NCBI GenBank assembly: GCA_963674785.1 | Contig: OY771555.1 | Coordinates: forward strand, 32,001 to 96,000 | Length of the DNA: 64,000 nucleotides | From: Caldisericia bacterium | GTDB taxonomy: Bacteria; Caldisericota; Caldisericia; JAAYUI01 | Direction of reading: 5' to 3' | Part shown: positions 28,201 through 37,560 of the stretch, one piece after another | How the letters are laid out: the number at the start of each line of letters is the position of its first letter | Numbering within the stretch: position 1 is the stretch's first letter | Made by a program: the position numbers and the translations under genes | Notes under the pieces: model-generated | What the model saw: only the letters and a program-made list of their open reading frames with translations | Told to the model about the DNA's origin: nothing | Database searches by the model: none

Positions 28201-30765
28201 CCATACAGACTCAGAACTCTTTCCAATGATGGGTTTATAATCAATTAGCTCAAACTCACGCTTAAACCATCTTCTTTTGGCACTTATGATGTAGTCTCTG
28301 CTCTCCCTGATTCCTTTTGATTTTTCGGGATCAAATGAACACAAGATAAACTCACCAGAATCATCTCTCCCCAAAAAATAAGATTCTTCAGAGTTTTTAA
28401 AAATCCTCAAAACAGATACCTTAAAAGCTTTGAAAAAATCGGATTTATTCTTTACCCAAGAAAGTTCAAAAATATCAAAAATCTCGCCTTCAGAGTTTAC
28501 ATAGAGTGACACATAACCACTCTTTTCCTTCAACTCAGAAACTTTTTGAGCCGAGAACACATCAGAATTCAGGGAATATTTTGTTGTAGTGTTTTCAGAT
28601 TCAAATTCTATAAAGTCAACTGATCTATCTGACTTAACATTACCAAAAAAACCATCAACCCATTTGAGTTCAATATTACTAATATCGAAATCAACTCGAT
28701 GCGACACCCCACAATTCAGCCCATTAAGAGTTTTTGAATCAATCTGATAAAAGTAACTCTTCCCGTTTTCAAGCACACCATCTGGAATCTTAAATGTGCT
28801 TGCAGGAATAAAGCCAGACTTATACGTTGGTTTATCAGCTCCCGACTCAAAAACCGATATAGAGTTTAGTTTCAATGAATCTTCCTCAATGCCAGTTGAA
28901 ACATCGAAGTTATCAGTACAGAAAATCAAGTTGTCTGAAGACACAGTGTTTGAATAACTTGGAAGCAATGGTGCAGTTGTTCTTGAATATCCATTTGAAT
29001 TATTTTCTGGGACAAAACAAACAAAGTAAAAATTTCTGATTCCATTAATGAAGGGACCACCACCATAAAAACTCCTATTCTGGTTATCAAAGCTTGCCTT
29101 TAAAACATCATTTGTTCCAGTAGTGTGGTCATCCTGTTCTATATCATCTAAAAAATCTAACTCATAGCCATTTTTACACCTATAGATACCAGTAACAGGC
29201 ACAGTATGTCCTCTTTGGATAATACCCAGCTCATCAGAATCCCAAACCGACATCAAAACAGGGAAACCAGCATCAAGAACATCAGTCGCAGAATCAAAAT
29301 CCTCAAACCTTAAAACCTGAATCTGAGAATCATTATCTTTAAAAAAGTTTTTAATTGATGTCCACCACAATCTATAGTCCGAACCAAACTCTGAATTCCA
29401 AGAGGTTGCATCCTTCATGGACTCAATTGAAAGTAAATCTTCATCAGTATTCATGGTAAAGTTTGAGTTGAGAAACATAACCGAGTCAAGAACAGAGGAT
29501 GGAGTTGACTCCATATCTCTGCAATCAGATTTATTTAATCCTTCAAGCTTGGCAGCATCAAGAACAAGATCGCACCCCTGAGTGGCAGTCAGTTCATCTG
29601 ATCCTCCAGTAATTATTCCAATTAACGCCTGAGCCCCTCTTAAACCTCTCATCATCGAAATGCGACCTTTGGCAGGGTTGGCTCTTATAACAACATCCGG
29701 TTCTTCAGAAATAGGAGATGAGGTTAATGATGCTGAATAGAGGATTTCACTTGAATCCAATTCAATAAAATATTTCTGTGTTTTTTTACCTGGGTAAAAT
29801 GACAAAGCACTATTTTTTATGATCCAATTTCCGTCAACAACGAGATTGAAATACAAGACACCATCAAATTCTCTAAGTGTAAGGTTAACTGTTCCAAGAT
29901 TTGATTCTCTATCAAGTTTTGCATCGATGACCGTTTCAAGTCTTTCAAACTCAATCTTTTCTAAAACACCAAAGGGTTCATGATATGAAATTGGTCTCCA
30001 GGAAAACACCCATTCATCAATGTATTCTAATTCAGCATAACCCAAATAGTCATTGATTATATTTGTGGAATTGTCTCCAGAAAGATTATTCACTGAGACA
30101 AAACGCTTCACACTTCCATCTTGGCAGGTCAGGATGACCATCGAAGTGCCATCACCCAGATCAGATACTTCCTCGATTCTACCAAATACCTTTTCTTTTC
30201 TGTTCAAACATCGATAGTCAGTAAATTCAAGATCAACTGTTCTTGATTCACCATCCCATAATATTTCATCTGCCCCAAGATACTCTGCGACGAATCTCAT
30301 TGGAAGCATTGTGAAACCAGCACCTTTTACGTAGGGTGCAAGATTATGATCTCCGTCATCAATCCACTTTTCCTCAGTTCTTCCATCAGGATATTCAACC
30401 TTTACTTTGGGGTTTCCGATCCAAAGCATCAGTTTTACTTCGGTTGGCAAAACTATTGTAACTCTTCTTGTAACTGAGTCCCACATCATCAAAACTCCCT
30501 CAATTTCAGAGGTGACATATCTGATGACAAGGAACATTCTTGATGATTTTATCTCTGGCGCGACATCCATTGGCCCTTTTAACAACCCGTCAACCCAATA
30601 ATCGGTGTTGTCAACTTGATAAGAGAGAACTGTAACACAAGGATTTTTTGGATGTGATTTTGAAGAGACAAACGAAAAACTTGAAAAAAGGATCACAAAA
30701 GACAATAGAATAACAAAGGTTTTTTTAGAAAAACAAAGCTTCAAATAATCATTTGGATGTTTCAT
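25300..30765 (-). CDS. Very large (~1820 aa) secreted Cys-rich modular protein: stalk domain, duplicated papain/C39-like and FN3-like modules, YSGCAE repeats
   Basis: Signal peptide; stalk motifs RMFLVIRYV and TMLPMRFVAEYLGA; duplicated LY(F/L)NL.(V/I)DGNWI(I/L)KN and K.AT.WNS; YSGCAE x3 plus YLGYAE. Confidence 0.7.
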   Translation of the reverse strand: MKHPNDYLKLCFSKKTFVILLSFVILFSSFSFVSSKSHPKNPCVTVLSYQVDNTDYWVDGLLKGPMDVAPEIKSSRMFLVIRYVTSEIEGVLMMWDSVTRRVTIVLPTEVKLMLWIGNPKVKVEYPDGRTEEKWIDDGDHNLAPYVKGAGFTMLPMRFVAEYLGADEILWDGESRTVDLEFTDYRCLNRKEKVFGRIEEVSDLGDGTSMVILTCQDGSVKRFVSVNNLSGDNSTNIINDYLGYAELEYIDEWVFSWRPISYHEPFGVLEKIEFERLETVIDAKLDRESNLGTVNLTLREFDGVLYFNLVVDGNWIIKNSALSFYPGKKTQKYFIELDSSEILYSASLTSSPISEEPDVVIRANPAKGRISMMRGLRGAQALIGIITGGSDELTATQGCDLVLDAAKLEGLNKSDCRDMESTPSSVLDSVMFLNSNFTMNTDEDLLSIESMKDATSWNSEFGSDYRLWWTSIKNFFKDNDSQIQVLRFEDFDSATDVLDAGFPVLMSVWDSDELGIIQRGHTVPVTGIYRCKNGYELDFLDDIEQDDHTTGTNDVLKASFDNQNRSFYGGGPFINGIRNFYFVCFVPENNSNGYSRTTAPLLPSYSNTVSSDNLIFCTDNFDVSTGIEEDSLKLNSISVFESGADKPTYKSGFIPASTFKIPDGVLENGKSYFYQIDSKTLNGLNCGVSHRVDFDISNIELKWVDGFFGNVKSDRSVDFIEFESENTTTKYSLNSDVFSAQKVSELKEKSGYVSLYVNSEGEIFDIFELSWVKNKSDFFKAFKVSVLRIFKNSEESYFLGRDDSGEFILCSFDPEKSKGIRESRDYIISAKRRWFKREFELIDYKPIIGKSSESVWMNCEVNSFEDGILYVQLPSGDSSFDFFAEKIDENGTNIETYSGCAEILVSYDTVVSWVSKPEQEVCGFVSDIEFFKLITNFEQKKRYMVEFSSSGYRKPLYLNLSIDGNWILKNMYISPQTVGPLGFTLDCDFIKGNSIKYGYSLTPILLYTKPSAVTDATIKDRYINISPDFCKNVESDDVGSRSSVLESSEILDESKLENFEMFDSGELETVPTSILSVINHVSGRVWPGIDDLKQATNWNSQKGCKFFDGEEYLDLSWWKSLNYYFAKNNINLEIENIDISGINKSISKNNPVILDARISGNHYAAVISSVQVDTDGNYCLEIVYDADQLEIGKIITEKIVVNTETKTIFGGIWFDGSKDFKFYMISKISESREKIEIIEPSNGSIVADPYPIFKWDDLRLDKSQSYSFYLYEKKSGVSIIETLSSEKPVVSKHLIDSDQFQIAYDKEPLSKNTNYIWFVECFDINRVLVSTSPNFTFSVSPTECDTIFGEIISTTRDPNTGLISIDFRQCAGVESFEISSVENIPDDHTYTKILGYSGCAEVCIHKTDKGVYLDSWVAAEGDCCKTDPCRIVRGVITETEEINLEHPIIIHFKPCNGSATEYFCDYEILDTKSSRSILGYSGCAEICVLDSGLAQSWTALPEEDNCCGEVVVCTDVDISWSTEDGLPPVFFVCPGDNLSFDKLLRLKNNCREETIDVFISIKTDKGEMIDSTFLNISPRSVSTYSLNFTAPDELPSQLIFDIIFSGITNRYYVSINKLEDCEPCCEIEVFWGDELKTETGKNPVIAVCEKDKIDLSFIIKNNCDNRISGEYIFQRKSESIDYIVISKEEFSIVGSDDVNYTLSIDSVTREMIKNEMMRVVIHPDCGEEEILEFEIEEKFGCKEIVTIEVTIEETDCEKDIVRAHDPKEMKNWILDFRKRDCEKLEIGSCYRVTGEKISDEKIKVETFEEVDCFIDQLNYSFN

Positions 30766-30960
30766 CCAAACAAACCCCTTTGATAAGAGAATCTCATGCA
30801 ATTAAGATTAGCACACTATAAAAAAAATGCAAACCACAAATATTTGTAAGTTTGCATTTATACATACAAAGTCATCTCTTAATATGCTATAGCTTCCTAT
30901 ATATACATATTATATTATAAATATATATTACATAAACATAATTTTTATTACTAGCTAAAA

Positions 30961-33045
30961 CTATTTATATCTTCTTTTATAATACCAATTGATAACTATT
31001 GCTGCTAAAATAATTATTCCACCGATTATTAATAAGTATAAGCGAGCTTTATTTAGTTCTTGATATGGATTGGGATCGTTTTCGCTTGGTATAACCCCTT
31101 CAGCACTATCAGAATCTGCTATACTTTCATCGACATCTTCAAGCTTGACAACAAACAAAACTGAACTTTCAAAACCAGGAGTATTGCCAACAAAGGAAGT
31201 ATATTCTTTTTCATATTCCCTCATTTTATCAAGTTTTGCTGTCTCAATATGGAACATCTCTTCAGTATCATCCATGACTTCAGAGAACTTTTGAGAACCC
31301 CCAGCCTTTTCGATAGCATCCTTAAGGGTTTTACTAAATTCCTCCATCTTCTCCTGCATTGGCTGTGCTTCTTCAATGGTTTTTTTGAAACTCTCAATCA
31401 TCTCAAGGGTTTCATTTTTTGATGGGATTTTCACACCATTGATTTCACCACCCTCCGTAAAGACATTCATAACATCCATAGAATCAGCAATCTGATCAGG
31501 GATTGTATTCCAGGCTGGAACTTCAAAACCTTCAATTGTACCACCATTTAGAATCAGGTTTATCCCCTCTGAAATCCCTTCAAGTCCATCAATTGTTGTT
31601 GTAAGTCCAGGCAAATCTTGTCCTTCAACCTCTCCACCAGAGATAAGTGCGGAAAGAGTTTGGTCAAAAACATCCATCATTTCGGGCATCTCAGATAGTG
31701 CTGGGATTTCAACACCATCAATTGTGCCACCTGATGTAAGATTTTTCATCAGCTCCGTAGCGGTATCAGCACTGCTTTTAACAGTATTGAGCTTTGAGAG
31801 GGATTTTGAAACAGAGGTATCAAGCTCTAAGATGATTTCTAACTGGGCATCATCTTTTGTGATTTTTCGTAAATCTTTGAGTGATGTTTCCATCTCTTCA
31901 AGATAATATTGAATGCCAAACAAACTGCTTGCAACTTTGTCAGTCGCTTGTGATGCTTTTGTAATAGCTTCAGTGCTTGCTTTAATACCAGCAAGATTTG
32001 CAGAAAGTTGATCTTGAATCATCTCAAGGATCATCTTGTGTGCTTCAGATAGTTGCACCAAGCCATCTGCTCCCTCAGCTATCTGCTTGAATGAATCCCC
32101 ATAATTTGAAAATAACTCTGCCACCTGATCCATGCTTGAAGATGTATCTTCAGTTAAGTCCTCAATAGCCGAAAACATGTTTTCAAGGTTTTCGATATTA
32201 TCAAGTGACTCTGACATATCGAGACTGCTAGAACTTTCAAGCATTGCAAGAAGCTCATCCGTGTCTCCCATCGAACCCATAACTTCTAATAAAGACTCAT
32301 CAATTTCAGGAATCTGAATTGAAGGAAGAGACGGCATCATTGAGATTGATATATTTGGCAGTCTTAAATGATCATCTTTAATCCAGAATGAAACCGTATC
32401 GGTTGGTCTTGGCATAACCGTCCACATAAGTTTTCTGCTATTGCCAATTGTCATCTCAAAAGCATCATTGAAAGAAAGCTCTTCATATCTATCAGAAGCA
32501 ATATCAGCCTGCACAATGACAGTCACTGGAGTATAGACGGTTTCTAAACTTTCTTTCGCGGAACTCCCAGCCGTCCATTTTATCAACTCTTCATGTGGTA
32601 GAGTGTTTGTAAATTTGATTGAAATCTCTAGTTTTCCGGATTTCCCGATAATCTCTGATTCATCAACTTGTTTCCCATCAAGCTCCAAAGCAATATCAAA
32701 TTCAATTGGTAGTTTTTTATTTGTTGTTCCAGAGTAGAACAAATCGGAGCTAGAGTCTTGAGGAATTTCCCAATAAAGCTTGTCTCCATCAATCACTTTT
32801 TTTGCTGTTGGGTGGAGCACAACTATATTTTCGAGTTCTGGATTATCTTGTACTTTTGAATTGCCCTCATTAAACCTCAACCAATTTACAACCGATGTAT
32901 TTTTTATCTTGCCATCCCAACCAAGAACCGAATATATTGTTTGTGTTCTTTTCCCTTCATATGTTTCCTCACCAAAAACAACTGCAGAAGAGACACAAAA
33001 AAAGAAAAGCACAAGACTTAAAATGATAGAAACACGTTTACGCAT
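30961..33045 (-). CDS. Exported coiled-coil protein with C-terminal TM anchor (YhgE/Pip-like MMPL partner)
   Basis: Signal peptide, TIYSVLGWDG..VVNWL, YSGTTNKKLP..LDG..GKSGKLEI, long helical region, EYTSFVG..SSVLFVVK, C-terminal TM. Confidence 0.7.
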   Translation of the reverse strand: MRKRVSIILSLVLFFFCVSSAVVFGEETYEGKRTQTIYSVLGWDGKIKNTSVVNWLRFNEGNSKVQDNPELENIVVLHPTAKKVIDGDKLYWEIPQDSSSDLFYSGTTNKKLPIEFDIALELDGKQVDESEIIGKSGKLEISIKFTNTLPHEELIKWTAGSSAKESLETVYTPVTVIVQADIASDRYEELSFNDAFEMTIGNSRKLMWTVMPRPTDTVSFWIKDDHLRLPNISISMMPSLPSIQIPEIDESLLEVMGSMGDTDELLAMLESSSSLDMSESLDNIENLENMFSAIEDLTEDTSSSMDQVAELFSNYGDSFKQIAEGADGLVQLSEAHKMILEMIQDQLSANLAGIKASTEAITKASQATDKVASSLFGIQYYLEEMETSLKDLRKITKDDAQLEIILELDTSVSKSLSKLNTVKSSADTATELMKNLTSGGTIDGVEIPALSEMPEMMDVFDQTLSALISGGEVEGQDLPGLTTTIDGLEGISEGINLILNGGTIEGFEVPAWNTIPDQIADSMDVMNVFTEGGEINGVKIPSKNETLEMIESFKKTIEEAQPMQEKMEEFSKTLKDAIEKAGGSQKFSEVMDDTEEMFHIETAKLDKMREYEKEYTSFVGNTPGFESSVLFVVKLEDVDESIADSDSAEGVIPSENDPNPYQELNKARLYLLIIGGIIILAAIVINWYYKRRYK

Positions 33046-35098
33046 TATTTTTCCTCCTACCCTTGATAAACTCAATCATCACAAGAAGGGCTGGTAAAAC
33101 CAGTAGAACAACCAACATCGATATTATCGCACCTCTTGAAAACAAGGTTGTCATGCTTCTGACCATTGAAATCTTTGAAACCAATGATATTGCAAAGGTT
33201 GCACCAAAAAGTGTTGCAGCTGCAGTCATTATCGCAGGCCCTGCTCCTTTGACGGTATTGATCATCGCCTCAGTGACTGAAACACCCACCTTTTGTTTCT
33301 CTTCATTAAACCTTGATGCAAGAAGAATACAGTAATCAACAGTAGCCCCAAGTTGGATTGCTGAAAGGGCAACAAAAGATGCAAAGAAAGTAGTTGTGAC
33401 GCCAGAGTAGAAAAGGAAAGAGATGTTTATCCAGATAGCAACCTCAATTGAGAGCACAATCACAAGCGTTTGCCAGAGTTTCCTGAGTGACAGGAAGATA
33501 ATCAAGAGAATTGCGATGACTGAGACCAGTGTCACCTTATTCAAATCTGGCTTGGAGACCCTTGCCAAATCATACTGCATCACATCCTCGCCAGTCACAA
33601 TTACCTTTTCATCATATCTATCTTCAAGCTTTTGGAGCTCTTCTATAACTGAGTCTTCAAACTCATCCGTTCCTTCAACAATCTTTACAAGCATCAGGTT
33701 TCTATTACCTTTTGAAAGTTGACTTGTGACCTTTTCTGGTACGAATGTATCGGGGATGTATATCGTTCCAAGCGACAAAGAACCCCTTGCACTTTCGACT
33801 CCTGTAATCTCTGAAACCTCTTTTTCAATTTGCATCTGTTCAGAAGTTGAGCAATCAGTCATTATTATCGTGGCTTCTTTCCCTGAGCCAAAGCTCTCGC
33901 CAATGATTTCTAAATCAGCTTGAGTTTGTTCACTTAACTCAAATCCTTCGGTTGTATTGTATGTAACCTGAAGATTGAAATTTCCAAAACACGCGATCGA
34001 CCCCACAACGATAAAAACCACAACTATTATTGCGCGATTATTTACAACAAATCTTCCCAAACCAGATAGATTAGGTATCAACTGGCGATGCTTGAGATTT
34101 GATAGTGGTTTTTCCAAGAAAAGAATCAATGCTGGAAGAAGAGTTAGGGTCAGAATAAAACCAATCGCAACTCCTTGAGCCATCACCATACCCATATCAC
34201 CCATCATTTTGTAGCTCATAATCATGAGTGCCAGAAATCCAGCTGCTGTTGTAAGACCAGAAGAAAAAAGTGATGCTGATGTTTTTGAAATTGACTCAAT
34301 CATTGCTTTTTTATGATCATCAAATCGATGTTTTTCTTCCTCATACCTGTGTAGAAGGAAGACAGCATAATCTAGGGTAACTGCAATTTGTAAGGCTGCA
34401 GCAACAGATGACGAAATAAAACTCATCTGACCACGCAGCAGATACGTGAATCCAAAATTGATAATGATTGAGATTCCAGCAATAAGAAGAAAGAGTATAG
34501 AATACGCCGGTTGAGTGAGAGCAAACCCAAGAACAATAAGTGAGATTATCAATGCCATTATAAGCATCAATGTCTTTGCATCCTCACCCATCATTCTCAT
34601 CTCCTCAAGGTAAACAAAACTACCCGTTATACTTATATTCTCTCTTCCAATAGTTTCATATATATCTTCTACCTTTTGCTTTGTGCTTGATGTCCCTGTA
34701 TCTTTGAGTTTTGTCTGAATAATTGTCGAACCATCAACGAAAAACTGATCAATATAATTCCTATCAACGTAGTTATCAGGAAGATATATTCCTGCGACAT
34801 CGGAATACCAAAAAGTCTCAGATATATACGGAAGTGATTTCAATTTCTCATTAATTTGGTCGGCTTCGACTTTTGTTTTGTCAGTCAAAATAACAAAAAC
34901 AGTTTCAGAGCCACCAAATTCATCAGTTATTATCTTCATCCCCTTTATTGAGGAAAGTGTTGATGGAAGATAATCATTAAAATCATAGTTTACGTTCAAT
35001 CCACCCATCCCAACAAAAGAGAGAAGTAGGATACCAATTGACATAACCGCGATCAACACACGGTTATCCACAATCCAGGACGCAATTTTTCTGCCCAT
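33038..35098 (-). CDS. MMPL/RND family transporter
   Basis: Two halves of about 6 TM with AVTLDYAVFLLHRYEEE and GATVDYCILLASRFNEE; VNYDFNDYLP. Confidence 0.92.
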   Translation of the reverse strand: MGRKIASWIVDNRVLIAVMSIGILLLSFVGMGGLNVNYDFNDYLPSTLSSIKGMKIITDEFGGSETVFVILTDKTKVEADQINEKLKSLPYISETFWYSDVAGIYLPDNYVDRNYIDQFFVDGSTIIQTKLKDTGTSSTKQKVEDIYETIGRENISITGSFVYLEEMRMMGEDAKTLMLIMALIISLIVLGFALTQPAYSILFLLIAGISIIINFGFTYLLRGQMSFISSSVAAALQIAVTLDYAVFLLHRYEEEKHRFDDHKKAMIESISKTSASLFSSGLTTAAGFLALMIMSYKMMGDMGMVMAQGVAIGFILTLTLLPALILFLEKPLSNLKHRQLIPNLSGLGRFVVNNRAIIVVVFIVVGSIACFGNFNLQVTYNTTEGFELSEQTQADLEIIGESFGSGKEATIIMTDCSTSEQMQIEKEVSEITGVESARGSLSLGTIYIPDTFVPEKVTSQLSKGNRNLMLVKIVEGTDEFEDSVIEELQKLEDRYDEKVIVTGEDVMQYDLARVSKPDLNKVTLVSVIAILLIIFLSLRKLWQTLVIVLSIEVAIWINISFLFYSGVTTTFFASFVALSAIQLGATVDYCILLASRFNEEKQKVGVSVTEAMINTVKGAGPAIMTAAATLFGATFAISLVSKISMVRSMTTLFSRGAIISMLVVLLVLPALLVMIEFIKGRRKNNA

Positions 35099-35099
35099 A

Positions 35100-35684
35100 T
35101 TAATCCCTCTTTACAGCCCCAAACATACAGAGCTTTATAAAAGCATTAAACATTTCATCGACTCCAAATTCTAGCTTTTCCAGTGCTCCATCTAAAATTA
35201 TCTGTTTCAAACTTATACTTATGATGTCAGCTATAATATCAAAATCCATTTTTTCCAACACACCAATCTCATAACCAGTTTTAAGATATGTTGCCACGAT
35301 TCCCCGAGCATTTTTTCTGAATTTGTCTGAATAAAACCTTACCAAAGCGGAATGTGGAAGCTCCTCGGTGATGATTTTTAAAATATCAGAGTTTGCAGAG
35401 TAAAACTTTCTGAAACTATCCGAGAGACCATATAACTCCAAAAAGAACTCATCTTTTGAAGAAATATCCTTATTTATATCAATCAAAGATAACAGACCTG
35501 CCTGTTCTAGTTCAATAACCGATATCAATTCCTCAAGTATACTTTCTTTATTTTTGAAGTAGAGATAAAAAGTCCCCTGTGCAAGACCTGCATCCTTCAC
35601 AATATCAGATACTCTTGTCCTTGAGTATCCATTCATAAACATCAATCTTCTCGCAGATTCAACAAGTTGCTCCTTAGCGCTCAT
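35100..35684 (-). CDS. TetR/AcrR family transcriptional regulator
   Basis: GYSRTRVSDIVKDAGLAQGTFYLYFKNKE HTH. Confidence 0.95.
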   Translation of the reverse strand: MSAKEQLVESARRLMFMNGYSRTRVSDIVKDAGLAQGTFYLYFKNKESILEELISVIELEQAGLLSLIDINKDISSKDEFFLELYGLSDSFRKFYSANSDILKIITEELPHSALVRFYSDKFRKNARGIVATYLKTGYEIGVLEKMDFDIIADIISISLKQIILDGALEKLEFGVDEMFNAFIKLCMFGAVKRD

Positions 35685-35696
35685 TTTCCTTCTTTC

Positions 35697-35714
35697 TGAC
35701 TGAACGTTCAGTCA
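35697..35714. promoter_or_regulatory. Perfect 18-bp palindrome, putative TetR operator 1
   Basis: TGACTGAACGTTCAGTCA is its own reverse complement; 12 nt upstream of the tetR start. Confidence 0.75.
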
Positions 35715-35746
35715 TCAACAATAAATCATCATAAAGGCATATTTGA

Positions 35747-35798
35747 CATATTATGACTGACTTGTCAGTCATAATATGGGATAGAGAAAAAATGTCAA
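35747..35798 (-). promoter_or_regulatory. Promoter (TTGACA-16-TATTAT) overlapped by a 32-bp palindrome, putative TetR operator 2
   Basis: CATATTATGACTGAC-TT-GTCAGTCATAATATG (35747-35778) has perfect 15-bp arms and the same TGACTGA-N4-TCAGTCA core as operator 1; -35 box at 35798-35793. Confidence 0.8.
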
Positions 35799-35820
35799 GA
35801 TATTGAAAAGATTTTTGATG

Positions 35821-36366
35821 CTATTTTAAAACGCTACCGTCGTACTCGACCTTAACCCAACCGGGTTCATCGATCAGAGGGGTCACACTTATCTTCAGAT
35901 TATAGTATCCGTCAGTTACTTGAAGACTCCCACTTCCATCCTGAGGGATATATATGAGTGGATCTTCGTTATCTGGAAGGTTTCTATTAATCATAAGACC
36001 ATATGGTTCTAAGCTGTCTGCAAACCACGTATAAATAAGTTCTGATGAATTTTTATGATATGTCTCTGCCTTGATGCTTATCCTTCCTTTTTCAAGTGGA
36101 AGTTCAAAAATCACAGGCTCTTTTTGTGGATGAAACATGGGTTCTGAAAAAACAGGAACATAAGCTGAAAGGTTATCAGCCCATAAAGGATTTTCTGTGT
36201 ATTCTACATCAACAACGACCTGAGATGGTGGGTCAGGAATATCTACTTCTTGACCTTTCTGATAAGGCTCAAGAATATCTTCACTTGAATAATATACCTT
36301 TTCGGTTGAACATCCAACCATCAAAACGATAACTACACAAACTATAAGTGACCATGTATTTTTCAT
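35821..36366 (-). CDS. Hypothetical lipoprotein
   Basis: Lipobox MVGC; ATGA-coupled to the upstream lipoprotein gene. Confidence 0.65.
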   Translation of the reverse strand: MKNTWSLIVCVVIVLMVGCSTEKVYYSSEDILEPYQKGQEVDIPDPPSQVVVDVEYTENPLWADNLSAYVPVFSEPMFHPQKEPVIFELPLEKGRISIKAETYHKNSSELIYTWFADSLEPYGLMINRNLPDNEDPLIYIPQDGSGSLQVTDGYYNLKISVTPLIDEPGWVKVEYDGSVLK

Positions 36367-36815
36367 TTTATATCCCTTGTAACTAAGTAAGTAACTCGAA
36401 TTGTTCTAGACCCAGATTCAGAAAGTATCGAAAGCTCAATAAACTCATCCCCTCTTTTTGCTTGAACCCTTGCCACCTCACCATCATAACCCATCAAGTC
36501 AATCAGTGTCCAGCCGAGGTTTTGAACTTCCTGAGCATACCACTCATAAACAACACTCGCTGAGGCATTTGTTTGAAGAGTGCCCGAAACAACTTCAATC
36601 ATGTTTGTATCCCGCAAAGGTTTCTCAACAACTCTAAGTGGATCAGCGGGATAGTTTTTTGCATTTTTATAGATAGGTATATAATCCGGAATCTCTGACA
36701 TTCGATTTTCCAAATCAACCTTGGGTTCAAACGATATCATCGACGGAACCGTCGCTTGGCAAGAGGCAAAGAACATGACTCCCAATATTATTATAAAAAG
36801 ATACCTAAACTTCAT
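36363..36815 (-). CDS. Hypothetical lipoprotein
   Basis: MKFRYLFIIILGVMFFASC lipobox; IPDYIPIY..VYEWY..GW pattern; start set by TTGACC-17-TATTTT-7-ATG. Confidence 0.65.
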   Translation of the reverse strand: MKFRYLFIIILGVMFFASCQATVPSMISFEPKVDLENRMSEIPDYIPIYKNAKNYPADPLRVVEKPLRDTNMIEVVSGTLQTNASASVVYEWYAQEVQNLGWTLIDLMGYDGEVARVQAKRGDEFIELSILSESGSRTIRVTYLVTRDIK

Positions 36816-36932
36816 GGATGGAAAAATAACACATCCCTCATTTCTGGTCAACTGAACTTTTGTATTTCTCACTGTAAACACTCATACACATTAGGTGTCA
36901 TAATAGTTGAATCAAAAATTAAGGAGAAATTT

Positions 36933-37247
36933 ATGAAACTTACAACACAAGACAACTTTGCAGAATTTGAAATCAGCGAGACCCTTGGAATCGTAAACGG
37001 GAACACCGTCAGAACCAGAGGTTTTGGGCACGACTTTATGGCAGGACTGAAAAACCTTGTCGGCGGAGAGATCGGTGCATACGTCGAGATGCTTCAAAAA
37101 GCACGTGAAGAGGCGATGGAGCGAATGGTCGCAAACGCCGAAAAACTCGGAGCAGACGGAATTGTTTGCATCAGAATCACAACATCAAGCGTGATGCAGG
37201 GTGCATCCGAGATAATGGCATTTGGTACTGCTGTTAAGTTTAAGTAG
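36933..37247 (+). CDS. YbjQ (UPF0145) family protein
   Basis: LGIVNG..DFMAGLKNLVGGEI..AREEA..LGADGIV..EIMAFGTAV; AAGGAG SD. Confidence 0.95.
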   Translation: MKLTTQDNFAEFEISETLGIVNGNTVRTRGFGHDFMAGLKNLVGGEIGAYVEMLQKAREEAMERMVANAEKLGADGIVCIRITTSSVMQGASEIMAFGTAVKFK

Positions 37248-37252
37248 AACTA

Positions 37253-37492
37253 TCAGTTATTCTTTTGACTAATTGTGTGTTTTGATGCAGCAAATCCACC
37301 AAGGATAGCTGCAAATAGTCCGACCTTGAGTGCCGTGAACCAACTGATGTTTGCGGCAATCAAACCCTGCTCAACTGCTCCTGGAAACAAATCTGGAATT
37401 ACCCATCCCCACATGAGTTTGAGAAGTAAAATCACCACAACAAACAAACCAAGAGCAAAAACTGCCAATAAACCAACTTTTCCAATTTTCAT
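37253..37492 (-). CDS. Small 2-TM membrane protein
   Basis: WGWVIPDLFPGAVEQGLIAANISWFTALK between two hydrophobic segments; AAGGAG SD. Confidence 0.7.
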   Translation of the reverse strand: MKIGKVGLLAVFALGLFVVVILLLKLMWGWVIPDLFPGAVEQGLIAANISWFTALKVGLFAAILGGFAASKHTISQKNN

Positions 37493-37560
37493 AAAACACT
37501 CCTTATAAGACAATCAATAATTAGAAATATCTAAATTTCAATAAAGGGTTCTGAAGAGAG

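Noticed and set aside
30762-30797. 11-codon uORF (MRFSYQRGLFG) overlapping the start of the giant protein gene
   Set aside because: An AGGGG SD-like sequence already explains initiation at 30765, and such short ORFs arise by chance. Ribosome profiling would be needed to revive it.
36756-36932. Long N-terminal extension of the YbjQ-family ORF
   Set aside because: It overlaps the divergent lipoprotein gene; AAGGAG and family similarity place the start at 36933.
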